DNA of 32,544 bases from a virus (taxonomy: Duplodnaviria; Caudoviricetes). Under the pieces are notes generated by a model. It searched no databases. It was not told where the DNA came from and worked only from the letters and a program-made list of their open reading frames with translations. The stretch is taken from the IMG/VR virus record IMGVR_UViG_3300006127_000060, positions 1 through 32,544 of that record. One strand, given 5' to 3'. This document shows positions 21,737 to 30,882 of this stretch, one piece after another. The position numbers were made by a program, and so were the translations under genes. Within the stretch, counting starts at the first letter, position 1; each line of letters begins with the position of its first letter.

Positions 21737-22845
21737 TAGTCGTACCGTTTGGTGTTCTTTAGGGAATCGTAAATGCTTTTAAACCTTGACTTTAGCTCAG
21801 CGGTCTTGTATTCTGGCAAGTTTAGGGACGCGACTTGATCGTCAAGCACGTTAAATATGTTATACTCATAGTTTGAATCGAGTTCAACCGTGCTTTTTTC
21901 TTTATTGAGTTCCTTTGAGTATGAGAAGAATTCTAATCGACGATGGCCAGCATCCTTCACGATTTCTGTGAACCTCGCAAGAGGAAACACCGAAGAGAAT
22001 GATGATTCTATAAACAGGTCGACATAGTTGTTACAGAAGGCCTCAGAGATCTCGGTGGGATTCATGTTTAGGACAGCGGATATGTCAAACTTTAAGTGTC
22101 TTGGAGAAACCTGGTTGGGTATGAATTTCTCAGAAAAGTTGGATCCAGTTGCATCCAGCACGTAGAATCCTTTTAAGTTGCCGCGATCCCCGCGATCCAT
22201 TTCATAAGGGGTACCAACATAGAGCACGTTTCCCTTTTCCTGTCTTATGTGAATGTGGCCGGAGTAGATGCGTTTAAAGTCCTTTAGATCCTCAAATGCA
22301 AGTCCGTGCTCGATCTTGGTAACAGAGTTTAGGTTGAATCCCTGAATGTCTGCATGGCAGAACACATAGTCGGCAGACCTATTTGCCAGGGCTGCACGCT
22401 TGAGCTCCTCAGAATCCTCAATCCACGGAAGTATTAAAACCTTATGTGAGTTTATCGTGAGTAATTCTGGCTTCTCGAATATGTGAAAGTTTGGGTACAT
22501 TAAGTCGTATCCCTTTAAAGAGTGCACGTCAGTTCGGTCTTTGTAATAGACGTCATGATTTCCTACAAAGAAGTAGACTCCTCGTTTAAACATTTCAGAG
22601 AAGGTCTTTGCTACTAGATAAGAGATGTGTTGGATCCTGACATTGGTCGATTCACGAACGTGGTTCCAGTCACCGACTTGTATCAAAATGTCTCGATCGG
22701 GATCGAATCCATCATCGTGTACTGCCCGTATAAAATGATTGATCAAGTAGTCAGACTGTATGTCCGACCACTCGATTGAATTGTTTCTTACACCAAGGTG
22801 CAGGTCACCCAGCACAAATATTTTTCGTATGTTGTCTAATTTCAT
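21736..22845 (-). CDS. gp47: Recombination endonuclease nuclease subunit (T4 gp47 / SbcD / Mre11)
   Basis: Metallophosphoesterase motifs GDLHLG, GDW, GNHD, CH and SGHIH; adjacent to gp46. Confidence 0.93.
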   Translation of the reverse strand: MKLDNIRKIFVLGDLHLGVRNNSIEWSDIQSDYLINHFIRAVHDDGFDPDRDILIQVGDWNHVRESTNVRIQHISYLVAKTFSEMFKRGVYFFVGNHDVYYKDRTDVHSLKGYDLMYPNFHIFEKPELLTINSHKVLILPWIEDSEELKRAALANRSADYVFCHADIQGFNLNSVTKIEHGLAFEDLKDFKRIYSGHIHIRQEKGNVLYVGTPYEMDRGDRGNLKGFYVLDATGSNFSEKFIPNQVSPRHLKFDISAVLNMNPTEISEAFCNNYVDLFIESSFSSVFPLARFTEIVKDAGHRRLEFFSYSKELNKEKSTVELDSNYEYNIFNVLDDQVASLNLPEYKTAELKSRFKSIYDSLKNTKRYD

Positions 22846-23072
22846 TTTTGAGGAGCAAGAGCGTCTAGGTCAATAACTGCACTAATGCTTTCAAATTTAG
22901 ATACAACGTCATCCCTCTCAGCTTGAGTAGAAAAAGTATAGGTGATTGGCAGGATTGAGTTTGCGTCATAGAAAACAAGAGTAGGAGAAGAAGGATCAGC
23001 ATCGATCTTGTATACCTGCTCAAGGTTTATGTATGTGCTTCCTGTTGCGTATGTTAGTTTTACCCAGATCAT
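22842..23072 (-). CDS. Hypothetical protein (76 aa)
   Basis: Translationally coupled on both sides. Confidence 0.7.
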   Translation of the reverse strand: MIWVKLTYATGSTYINLEQVYKIDADPSSPTLVFYDANSILPITYTFSTQAERDDVVSKFESISAVIDLDALAPQK

Positions 23073-23662
23073 TAGTGTATTCTTTTTTTGTTTACTTTTC
23101 CGTCCAATATTTGGTATTTCTTGTTAAGCTCAATAAGTAGGATCTCCTGGATCTCAGTGTCCAGCATATCAAATAGTTTCTTATACTCGATTGAAGAGAT
23201 AGAAGAGAGTGCCTCAACTACGTATATTGGACTGTAGAACAGAGAAAATTCCTTCTTCCTTTCAAGGGTTTCATGAGTTCGGTTAAAAATAAAGTTAAGG
23301 TCGTCCTTTGCAAGCTTAACCTTATTTGCAAAGGGCTCAGTTGATTTTTTACTAATGAGACGAACTATCTCATGGTCGTTCTGTATAAAATCAAATATTG
23401 TGTTTAGTATTAACTTACTGTCAAGTACCTCTTCGTATTTGTAAATGTCCTTTAAGTAAGAATCAGAGTAATTGTCATTAACTGATATTTTAGTACTAAA
23501 GTCTCGTTCATCCGTTTCAGAAAGGCCAGTGCCTGCGTTATATCGGTTATTGAAGATCTTGTCTTCTCTTGGAATGTCAATCGGTTCATCAGCATCACAC
23601 GAATCCTCTAGCTCTTCATCTAGTTCTTCGTTTAATTCGTCCAATTCGTCTTCGTAATTCAT
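23072..23662 (-). CDS. Hypothetical protein with an acidic N-terminus (196 aa)
   Basis: Begins MNYEDELDELNEELDEELED; co-oriented within the operon. Confidence 0.75.
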   Translation of the reverse strand: MNYEDELDELNEELDEELEDSCDADEPIDIPREDKIFNNRYNAGTGLSETDERDFSTKISVNDNYSDSYLKDIYKYEEVLDSKLILNTIFDFIQNDHEIVRLISKKSTEPFANKVKLAKDDLNFIFNRTHETLERKKEFSLFYSPIYVVEALSSISSIEYKKLFDMLDTEIQEILLIELNKKYQILDGKVNKKRIH

Positions 23663-23677
23663 TCATGTTGTATTATT

Positions 23678-25156
23678 TTAAAGTGCGCCAAAGAGCTTAT
23701 CATAGTCCTCATCGGTTTGAGGCGAAGTTAAATTATCTTTTGCATTCAATATTGTGTGTTCGTTTCTGACCTCATCGGCTAGACGGTTTGCCTCTGAATC
23801 ATCACTGTAAAATTCGCTGTTTGGACCAAGTTCCTCAGTAAGCCTAAAGAAATCCTTGACCATTGTATAGAACTTGTAGCTCTCTTCGTAGCCGTTATCA
23901 CGATTGGCGATAATTTTTATTTTCATACGGCTTTCCAATGGGCTGCGCATGAGACCAAAAAGAGAATCGACTGTGTGAATAAGACCGAAAGATTCGGCAA
24001 CTGAGTCCATTCCCAAGTCAAAGTCATTTATTGATTCTCGCTTTACTTGAGTAGCACTTATTATGCACCATTCGTTTCTCATTGCGACTCCTCTAAGCTC
24101 TTCGGAAATTGCCTTTATCTTTTCATAAAGTCCGTTCTGATCCTTAATTGGACGAAGTAGGTTAAGATAATCGACAACGATCACCTTGAATTTTTTATTC
24201 ATCTTGTTCTCAAGACGCAAGAAGTAGTTTTCAATGTCTATCGCAGTAGCATTGCCAGTGGGAAAGTCTTTAACGATTAGGTGCCCGCCCTTTTTAAAAG
24301 AGGATTGCATTTCAATGAGTTTATTCTTGATCTTTTTTGAAGCAGTATCATCTGTGATACCAGAATATTCATCCGATGGGATGCTTAGGATATTGGATCC
24401 AATACGCTTCATATATTGTCTCTCAGGAAGCTCAACTGTCACAAGGCCAGTAACGTTACCCATTAGAAAAGATCGAGCTGCGATATTTCCAAGAACCATT
24501 GACTTTCCGACTTTCGGTCTACCTTGAAATACGACTAGCGATTTTGGATTCCAGCCTCCGCCTAGACACTTATCAAAAAACTCAAAGCCGGTTGGGCTAC
24601 CCGTTTTTGCAAGCTGAATGTGTGCTTCTGGACTAAAAAAGTCCAGTCCAGTATCTCCACTAGAAAAGTTTATTGCAAGCTTACTGCTAATGTCGTTTCT
24701 GACTTTTTCTGAGATCTTATCAATGTTTTCAGGATCGATAGACGTCGTCTTTAGGTACGTAAGTAGGTCAAAGACAGTAAGGTTAAGGTTTCTAAGTAGG
24801 ATGAAAGAACGTACGTATTTGTAGAGATAATCGTAGTTATACTCACGTAAGTTAAACGCATATAGGTCATCAAAGTCGTCATCATCTATGCTGGTATTTG
24901 TTAGTTCAAGGTAACTCTTAAGTTCCTTTCGATTTGGGATCTTACCGTACTCTTTAAAGAACTTAAGAGACACTTTAAATGACTCTTGTCGGTTTTCTTC
25001 GTTAAAATAGGTTGGCTTTATCATTGTGATAAGCTCTTCCTGTCTTAGTGAGTCATGGCTTTTGGGTTTTAGCTCATTGTTTTGATTATCATGGCTAAGA
25101 ATGAAATTCCAGACCATTTTCTCAAGCGATTCAATATTTTCGGTAAAGTCTATCAT
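23678..25156 (-). CDS. gp41: Replicative DnaB-like helicase (T4 gp41-like)
   Basis: PTGF..FD...GGG, Walker A GRPKVGKS, TVEL, VVDYLNLL, SATQ and AESFG. Confidence 0.93.
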   Translation of the reverse strand: MIDFTENIESLEKMVWNFILSHDNQNNELKPKSHDSLRQEELITMIKPTYFNEENRQESFKVSLKFFKEYGKIPNRKELKSYLELTNTSIDDDDFDDLYAFNLREYNYDYLYKYVRSFILLRNLNLTVFDLLTYLKTTSIDPENIDKISEKVRNDISSKLAINFSSGDTGLDFFSPEAHIQLAKTGSPTGFEFFDKCLGGGWNPKSLVVFQGRPKVGKSMVLGNIAARSFLMGNVTGLVTVELPERQYMKRIGSNILSIPSDEYSGITDDTASKKIKNKLIEMQSSFKKGGHLIVKDFPTGNATAIDIENYFLRLENKMNKKFKVIVVDYLNLLRPIKDQNGLYEKIKAISEELRGVAMRNEWCIISATQVKRESINDFDLGMDSVAESFGLIHTVDSLFGLMRSPLESRMKIKIIANRDNGYEESYKFYTMVKDFFRLTEELGPNSEFYSDDSEANRLADEVRNEHTILNAKDNLTSPQTDEDYDKLFGAL

Positions 25157-25482
25157 GGTATTGTGTAAAAAGTGAGTATTCCTTTATTTGTAATTAGCAT
25201 CTCGTCACCGGTAACTGATATAAAATCACTAGCGATAAGGCTTCTTAGTCTTTTAACTAAATTAAGCTTAAAGGTTTCGTCCTGAAGGCGATCGCCAAAG
25301 ACATATTTTAGAGTCTTGGACGAAAACTTTAGCTTTTGAGGGTCAAGCTCCTTGTTTTTCATCTCAATGACCCGCAATAGGTACTGAGATATATCAAAGA
25401 GGACCCCAAGATCGTCTTGTAGGTCCTCATATTGATGTACATTAAGGTAGTATTTAATAGGCAGATCAGAGCGTAGGTTCAT
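25153..25482 (-). CDS. Hypothetical protein, possible winged-helix C-terminus
   Basis: LVKRLRSLIASDFISVTGDEMLITNKG resembles a wHTH recognition helix and wing. Confidence 0.65.
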   Translation of the reverse strand: MNLRSDLPIKYYLNVHQYEDLQDDLGVLFDISQYLLRVIEMKNKELDPQKLKFSSKTLKYVFGDRLQDETFKLNLVKRLRSLIASDFISVTGDEMLITNKGILTFYTIP

Positions 25483-26671
25483 TGTTTGTGTTTAGTGTTT
25501 CAAGTTCATCATCCTCCATTTCAATGATTCCGTCTTGAGTTTCAGGAAACTTAAAGGTTGGCTTGATTATCTTTTCATCAAGTTCCTTTAAAACTTCTTC
25601 TGTAAAGAGACGAGAAGAAAAGAATTCCTTAACTGGCACCTCATCTCCATTGTGACGTACAATATAATTCTTAGCTTGTATGCTCGGTTTTGCATAGTAG
25701 ACAGCTCCGCCTACTTCAAAACGATGGCACTTTTCCTGATCTTCAGGTTTAAGTTTGGCGTGCTCTTTTTCAGTCAACTTAGATGCCTTAACGACACCGC
25801 AGTTTTCCCAGTTAACGAACTGTTCAAGACCAACATATGGATTCATACCCTTGTGAAAAGAGATATGAAACTCAATGTCAATTGGTTTAGCCAATCGATT
25901 TTTTCTGGTCTTAGATCGAACAATGATCCCAGTAGTCGTCTTGTTCTCATCACGTAAAGTTCCTTTGCTTAGCATTAGGATGATTGATGCTGAGAACTCA
26001 GGACCGCCGCCACCAGACATGCCCTTCGGAGTGTATTGATCCATTGAAGCATAAGTGTGGTTCGTAAAAATAAAAGGAACTTTAAGGTTAGAAAGATCCA
26101 GTGTAAATGATTTGAAAAGGGCTCTCATTTCTTTTGAGCGTAGACCCATATCAGATGCATTTTTACCGGCTTCCATGTCCCTCTTACTCTTATCAGTATC
26201 AAGCATACCGACTGAATCGACAAACATAGCAAACTTTAAACCTGGATTTTCCTTTATTGTTTCAATAAAGTCATTGATGAAGAACTTAACTTCACTAATG
26301 TAGCCCATACGTAGGTATTTGAGCTTATCAAGTTCAACTCCAAATTTTATGTAGTCAGAGCGATCGATTGCACCTTCGGTGTCTATGTAAAATACGTAGT
26401 ACCCTTTCTTTTGTAATTCACGAACTGCATTCAAACATAAAAAGGTCTTACCTGCACCAGAATCACCAGCGATACCGATGCTTCGAGTGTTTGGGTAACC
26501 GCCAAAAAGCGTGCCTGACATTTGTGCATTAAGCAGATAGTTTCCAGTTGGAATATATTCATCTATGTCTGAAAAACCCATTAATTCAACTTTTGACTTG
26601 ACCTTCTTTTCCAAAAGATCGTTAAATTTATTGAATGCATCTAGTGCAGGGTTGCCAGTGGATTTAGCCAT
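25466..26671 (-). CDS. uvsX: RecA-like recombinase UvsX
   Basis: Walker A GDSGAGKT, YIDTE, FVDSVG, TNHTY, MSGGG and KNR. Confidence 0.93.
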   Translation of the reverse strand: MAKSTGNPALDAFNKFNDLLEKKVKSKVELMGFSDIDEYIPTGNYLLNAQMSGTLFGGYPNTRSIGIAGDSGAGKTFLCLNAVRELQKKGYYVFYIDTEGAIDRSDYIKFGVELDKLKYLRMGYISEVKFFINDFIETIKENPGLKFAMFVDSVGMLDTDKSKRDMEAGKNASDMGLRSKEMRALFKSFTLDLSNLKVPFIFTNHTYASMDQYTPKGMSGGGGPEFSASIILMLSKGTLRDENKTTTGIIVRSKTRKNRLAKPIDIEFHISFHKGMNPYVGLEQFVNWENCGVVKASKLTEKEHAKLKPEDQEKCHRFEVGGAVYYAKPSIQAKNYIVRHNGDEVPVKEFFSSRLFTEEVLKELDEKIIKPTFKFPETQDGIIEMEDDELETLNTNNEPTL

Positions 26672-26692
26672 ATAGTAAGAGATTTTTCTTAT

Positions 26693-26719
26693 CTTTTACT
26701 CAAAATGAGTTAAAAGTTC
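26693..26719 (-). promoter_or_regulatory. Putative promoter GAACT-N15-GTAAAAG
   Basis: The - strand reads GAACTTTTAACTCATTTTGAGTAAAAG upstream of uvsX, with the conserved spacing. Confidence 0.45.
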
Positions 26720-27286
26720 TTAGTCTTGAAGATATGAAAGAAGTAGAGTAGAGCAAGCCAAAGCTAGCGAATCGCTAATTTCTCCTTTAACGATTCTGCT
26801 AAACTTTACCTTCTCGATCGTGTGAGGTTTCTTATCTAACTGATCGTGAGAAAGATTAGGATAAAATCCTTGGATCTCGTCAGAATAGTTAGTTAAGTTT
26901 ATCGCAAAACACGAATAGTTCTTTGTAAATGGATGGGTGTGTTTAATCTTGCCAAGGTAGAAGATCTCATTTACTGGAACCGAGTCGATGCCTAATTCGT
27001 CTTTTATACATGAAAGCACAGCATCGTAATATGAGTCAAACTTGTTTTTATCAAAGGTACATGTCAAACACCTTCTCTCGTTAGAGTTTGATAGGTAGTC
27101 TTGATATTTGCACAAGTATAGGTTTTTAACTTGTCCGCTAGGATTGGTGTCAAATGGTACAATGCAAATCCCTTCGTCGGCTGATGTGATACGTTTAAAT
27201 GTACCTTTTTCTCCAGACAAGTTAACGATGGAATACTTACCATCAGTATATTCTTGATTTGATTCTTTGTTTTTACCAAACATCAT
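26720..27286 (-). CDS. Nudix-fold protein with a degenerate Nudix box
   Basis: ICIVPF, then DSYYDAVLSCIKDELGI in place of REUXEEXGU, followed by YLGKI and GEISDS as in ADP-ribose pyrophosphatase-like proteins. Confidence 0.6.
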   Translation of the reverse strand: MMFGKNKESNQEYTDGKYSIVNLSGEKGTFKRITSADEGICIVPFDTNPSGQVKNLYLCKYQDYLSNSNERRCLTCTFDKNKFDSYYDAVLSCIKDELGIDSVPVNEIFYLGKIKHTHPFTKNYSCFAINLTNYSDEIQGFYPNLSHDQLDKKPHTIEKVKFSRIVKGEISDSLALACSTLLLSYLQD

Positions 27287-27930
27287 TGTATTTCTCTAAC
27301 GCTTATTCCAGGCGCAGGTTTTGATTCTTTTTTCTTGGTTTGAGTAGGATCAAGCATCTCTTGCATTGACTCTTTGACTACTTGTTTATTTATCATGCTT
27401 TGCATATACTCGGCAAGATCGGAAAGAAACTTGTCCTTGTCTTCTGCATTCTCATACATGAGTTTTAAGAGCTTACGGTCCGGTAACTTTACTTTTACCT
27501 TTATCTGGAGAGTGGCCTCATCTGAGTTGAACATGCCAAACATGTTGGCTTGAGGCGCAACTGTCTGAACGGCGGGCTGAGTCACACGATACTGATCTGG
27601 AATTGGAATGGGTCCGCTTTGTGGATTTGCTTGAGTCACCTGAACAGTAGGTTGTTGTACTGGCTTTCTAACTCCTCCATGAATTGAGATAACTTCTTCC
27701 TTAGTGAGAGGTTGCATTTCTCCATGGATCATCATTAGATTGCTGTTGATTTTAGTGGAGTCAACCCTAGATCCGTCATCGAATATTACATCAAATCCAC
27801 CGAATTGATTGGGCATCACGTCCCTACATTTAACGACCTTTCCAATAAGTTCAGGTCGGTCAGTTTTTATCCATTGGAACCTTTGACCACTAAAGTTCTC
27901 CATTAAGGACATTAGTTTTTGTTCGTTCAT
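27283..27930 (-). CDS. Hypothetical protein (215 aa) with a Gln/Pro-rich linker
   Basis: Start reassigned to MNEQKLM at 27930; the longer track ORF overlaps 27950..28219 in another frame. Confidence 0.7.
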   Translation of the reverse strand: MNEQKLMSLMENFSGQRFQWIKTDRPELIGKVVKCRDVMPNQFGGFDVIFDDGSRVDSTKINSNLMMIHGEMQPLTKEEVISIHGGVRKPVQQPTVQVTQANPQSGPIPIPDQYRVTQPAVQTVAPQANMFGMFNSDEATLQIKVKVKLPDRKLLKLMYENAEDKDKFLSDLAEYMQSMINKQVVKESMQEMLDPTQTKKKESKPAPGISVREIQ

Positions 27931-27949
27931 TTCTTCTGAATTTTTTTCG

Positions 27950-28219
27950 TTAGTCTGCTGCTTCTGAGAGCTGTTCCATGGTAGCTGCTCCCTTATTCTT
28001 TTCCACTTCTCTGAGAAATTCTTCATGGTTCGATGGATTATTTGAATTAACGATAGTAGCTTGTGGTGAATCATATATTGCAATGACGTCATTTGCTTGT
28101 GACTTTTTAGCGTCTTCCATTTTTTTACGGATCTCTCTGATCTGTGAGGAATTGAGCTTGTTTTTAGTTGCATCAAGGTAGCCTTCCAGCCAGTTGATAA
28201 ATTTCGACGGAGTTTGCAT
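27950..28219 (-). CDS. Hypothetical protein (89 aa)
   Basis: Begins MQTPSKFINWLEGYLD; abuts the upstream stop. Confidence 0.7.
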   Translation of the reverse strand: MQTPSKFINWLEGYLDATKNKLNSSQIREIRKKMEDAKKSQANDVIAIYDSPQATIVNSNNPSNHEEFLREVEKNKGAATMEQLSEAAD

Positions 28220-28606
28220 TTATTGTTGATTATTTTTAATAAGGTGTTCACCCAATAGGTCTAATTCGGTGAGTGTGGCATTTCTTTGAGACTCATTGAT
28301 GAAGTTCTCAACTCGAGTCAGCAGTTCAGAAACTTCAAGGTCAGTTGCTCTAATTACGTTTAGCACATTAAACTGAATGTCTCTAACCTTTGATGTTGCG
28401 TATGCAAGGACGTGGTATTCCCGGTTTAAGTAAGTATCGATTGACTTAGCTGCTCCGTTTATTAGCGACATGTCTGCGCTTGATGGAAAGCCCATTAAAA
28501 GAATAGGTTTTGCTGGGCTAGATTGAAGTCCGTCAATGCGTGCTTCTAGTTCCTTTATCTTTTCGGTAAGCTGAGCATATGCTTCATCATGTATTAGTGC
28601 TGACAT
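28220..28606 (-). CDS. Hypothetical protein (128 aa)
   Basis: Starts 2 nt after the polymerase stop; no polymerase motifs. Confidence 0.7.
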   Translation of the reverse strand: MSALIHDEAYAQLTEKIKELEARIDGLQSSPAKPILLMGFPSSADMSLINGAAKSIDTYLNREYHVLAYATSKVRDIQFNVLNVIRATDLEVSELLTRVENFINESQRNATLTELDLLGEHLIKNNQQ

Positions 28607-28608
28607 CG

Positions 28609-30033
28609 TTACTTTGAATTTTTTAAACTCTTTATTTCACCCTGGGTTTTAATACGTTCGTCGTATAATTTAGTCAAGATGGTTCTAGCAACCGAGTCGG
28701 TAGAGCTAGAAAATAGAGTATCGTTTTTCGTGTGGATCTCCGATCCAGAAAGCTTAACCGTTCCCTTCTTTCCCAAGTAAGTATCCGGTGAGATATTGAA
28801 TTGGATCTGGATATTTGGATACATTGACGAAAAGTCATAACACGAAACATAGTTGTAGTAATCTGGCTCGGGCTTCTTTACGTAGGCACCTTCATAAGTT
28901 GCATTGATGTCATTTGAATCTCCCCAAGGAAGCTTCATCATTCTCTGGTTCTTGGTTAAGAACTCTCTGCACATTAGGATCTCAGCGATATACACTGGAC
29001 TAAATACCTTGTTCACGTCAACTTGAGCAACGTTTGCGATCGAGTATGCAACATCTAGCATCGAAAGCTTGTCCTCTATCAATTTCACAAGGATAACGTC
29101 AATCACGTTATATAGAGTGAATAGATAAGTATCCTTTTGAAAAGCAAGAAAGCTTGGATATTTGTGTTTGAGTTTTGCGACGCCTAACACCAGGGTTGCG
29201 ATGTAATCAAGCTTATAGTTCTCGACAACTTTGAAAGGTTTTAGTTTTTCAAAAACCTGCATGTAATCCAAAACTCCCAAGTGAACTGGGATCTTGTTCT
29301 TTGAGACAAGCGATCTTGACGGCATGTTTACCACTGAATCGACTTTCATGTTGCGAGCTCGATTCATTAGGTATTTCCAGTCAAAGTCAGTAACGTTCCA
29401 ACCTGTCACAAATGAAAACTTGGGCATGATGTTATGGAAGTAACACTCAAGTAATTCAGTCTCAGTCTTAAAGAACTTGTACTTTATTTTAAATTCTTGT
29501 TGGAATAAAGCTGCATCCTGAGGACGCAACGGTGTAGTGTTACGAAAGTACTTATTGACCTCTTTTTCCATGCGGACGATGTCATCGGCTGAGAGGCCGT
29601 CCGGATTTCCATCATCGTGCAAAATAGAAAGTATGTAGACAGTATTGTCCTCATTACAAAAAGAGACAAGGCCGACTGGCATTCTAGCTTTTTCTGGATC
29701 CGGGAAGGAATCGTCGATCAGCTTGATCTCAATATCAAGATAGGTCTTTTTTGGAAGATTGTCAAAGCTATAGATCGCAGAAAGCTCTTCTGTAGTAAGC
29801 TTTTCCTGAATAAGCTCCTGAATTCTAAATTGAGTTAGGTACTTACCTTCAGTTGGGCTCTTCTTTACGCATTTGCCATCCCAGTTCTTAGTGGTAGTTG
29901 CAGTTGCTGATTCCACCCAATTGTATCGTTCATGATCCAGAACCCTCTTACGAATAAAAGCGATCCTTCCTGAGGCATCATAATATGAGATGGTTAGTGT
30001 ATTATCTTCTAGGACTTCTGCGCCTATTATCAT
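28609..30033 (-). CDS. gp43: Family B DNA polymerase, N-terminal subunit (exonuclease + motif A) of a probable split enzyme
   Basis: ExoI LDIEI, ExoII GWNVTDFD, ExoIII YNVID, YEGAYV, and motif A YDFSSMYPNI. It ends after LYDERIK; motifs B and C are absent. Confidence 0.88.
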   Translation of the reverse strand: MIIGAEVLEDNTLTISYYDASGRIAFIRKRVLDHERYNWVESATATTTKNWDGKCVKKSPTEGKYLTQFRIQELIQEKLTTEELSAIYSFDNLPKKTYLDIEIKLIDDSFPDPEKARMPVGLVSFCNEDNTVYILSILHDDGNPDGLSADDIVRMEKEVNKYFRNTTPLRPQDAALFQQEFKIKYKFFKTETELLECYFHNIMPKFSFVTGWNVTDFDWKYLMNRARNMKVDSVVNMPSRSLVSKNKIPVHLGVLDYMQVFEKLKPFKVVENYKLDYIATLVLGVAKLKHKYPSFLAFQKDTYLFTLYNVIDVILVKLIEDKLSMLDVAYSIANVAQVDVNKVFSPVYIAEILMCREFLTKNQRMMKLPWGDSNDINATYEGAYVKKPEPDYYNYVSCYDFSSMYPNIQIQFNISPDTYLGKKGTVKLSGSEIHTKNDTLFSSSTDSVARTILTKLYDERIKTQGEIKSLKNSK

Positions 30034-30287
30034 ACTTTCGGTTTAAATAGTTCATTAATGTTTCCGCAGTTCGAACAAGCAATAACTGGAACAGGAACAA
30101 TTGAGTCCTGAGCTGCACCTGTCATGAATCTGGAAAGCTTCTTGATCATCATCTTTTCTTCGAATACCTGACCGGCGCACTTCTCACACTCTAGGTAAGG
30201 AGCATCTGCTAGGTTTATATTCAATTTAGGTCCAGTGGTTTCTTCTGGAGTGGGTCCTGGAGTAGCTCCGTTGTGTATTATTTCCAT
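30030..30287 (-). CDS. Small zinc-ribbon protein
   Basis: CEKC...CSNC; ATGA coupling to the polymerase gene. Confidence 0.8.
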   Translation of the reverse strand: MEIIHNGATPGPTPEETTGPKLNINLADAPYLECEKCAGQVFEEKMMIKKLSRFMTGAAQDSIVPVPVIACSNCGNINELFKPKV

Positions 30288-30300
30288 ATATTTTTATTTT

Positions 30301-30768
30301 TTAATATCCTCTTAATTGACGATCACGGTTCTCTTGGTTCTTGCTCATGTACATGTTGTACATTTCCTTTGGAGTCATTCCTATTGAGATCGCATAATTC
30401 ATGAAAAAGTGAAGCATGTCCACTATTTCAAACTTACACTCAAGCTGATCGTTTGGGGAAAGATCAGAGAATTTTAGATTATCGTAGTTTGAGTGAGCCT
30501 TTTTCCAATACTTCCAGATAGCATTGCCGTCGCCGTCCTTTATTCCGCCAAGTGCGTCTGTTGCTTCATGGATCTCATCGACCATTGCATGGGAGTTTGC
30601 GTGCCAGAAGTTCATGACGTCTCGAAGAGTCATGTTTGAAAAATCGAATCCGTAAACGGTTTCTTGGGTGTCTTTTTGGAGAGCCATTATGTCTCCAAGA
30701 GTGTCAGTAGATTTTGAATAGAGATCTTCTATTTGAAGTTGGGAACAGGTGTTATCTATATTTGCCAT
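30301..30768 (-). CDS. gp56: dCTPase/dUTPase, dimeric all-alpha type (T4 gp56-like)
   Basis: DEIHEA..ALGG, IWKYWKK, DLSPNDQLECKFEIVDMLHFFMN and KNQENRDRQLRGY parallel recalled T4 gp56 segments (DLSPEDQLEIKFELIDQFHFFMN, KNAENFARQDRGY). Confidence 0.88.
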   Translation of the reverse strand: MANIDNTCSQLQIEDLYSKSTDTLGDIMALQKDTQETVYGFDFSNMTLRDVMNFWHANSHAMVDEIHEATDALGGIKDGDGNAIWKYWKKAHSNYDNLKFSDLSPNDQLECKFEIVDMLHFFMNYAISIGMTPKEMYNMYMSKNQENRDRQLRGY

Positions 30769-30853
30769 GCCTATTAATTTGATCTCTTATACTTTGCTAA
30801 CTCTGCAAGGATCTTTATTTTACAACATTTTTTAGAATTTCAAAGACTCGGCA

Positions 30854-30861
30854 GATAAATA
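30854..30861 (+). promoter_or_regulatory. Putative late promoter GATAAATA
   Basis: Lies 21 nt upstream of the tail sheath ATG, in a divergent intergenic region. Confidence 0.55.
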
Positions 30862-30882
30862 ATTAAAAATAGTTGAACAAAA

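Noticed and set aside
27931-28251. N-terminal extension of the 322-aa track ORF 27283..28251
   Set aside because: It fully overlaps the better-fitting 27950..28219 gene in another frame; ATG 27930 is the more plausible start.
28220-28640. Frameshift, intein or intron continuing the polymerase
   Set aside because: The downstream ORFs show no motif B/C, no intein-like termini and no non-coding gap.
30769-30882. tRNA or structured ncRNA in the largest intergenic gap
   Set aside because: No cloverleaf or T-loop motif is visible; the gap is explained by divergent promoter-like elements.
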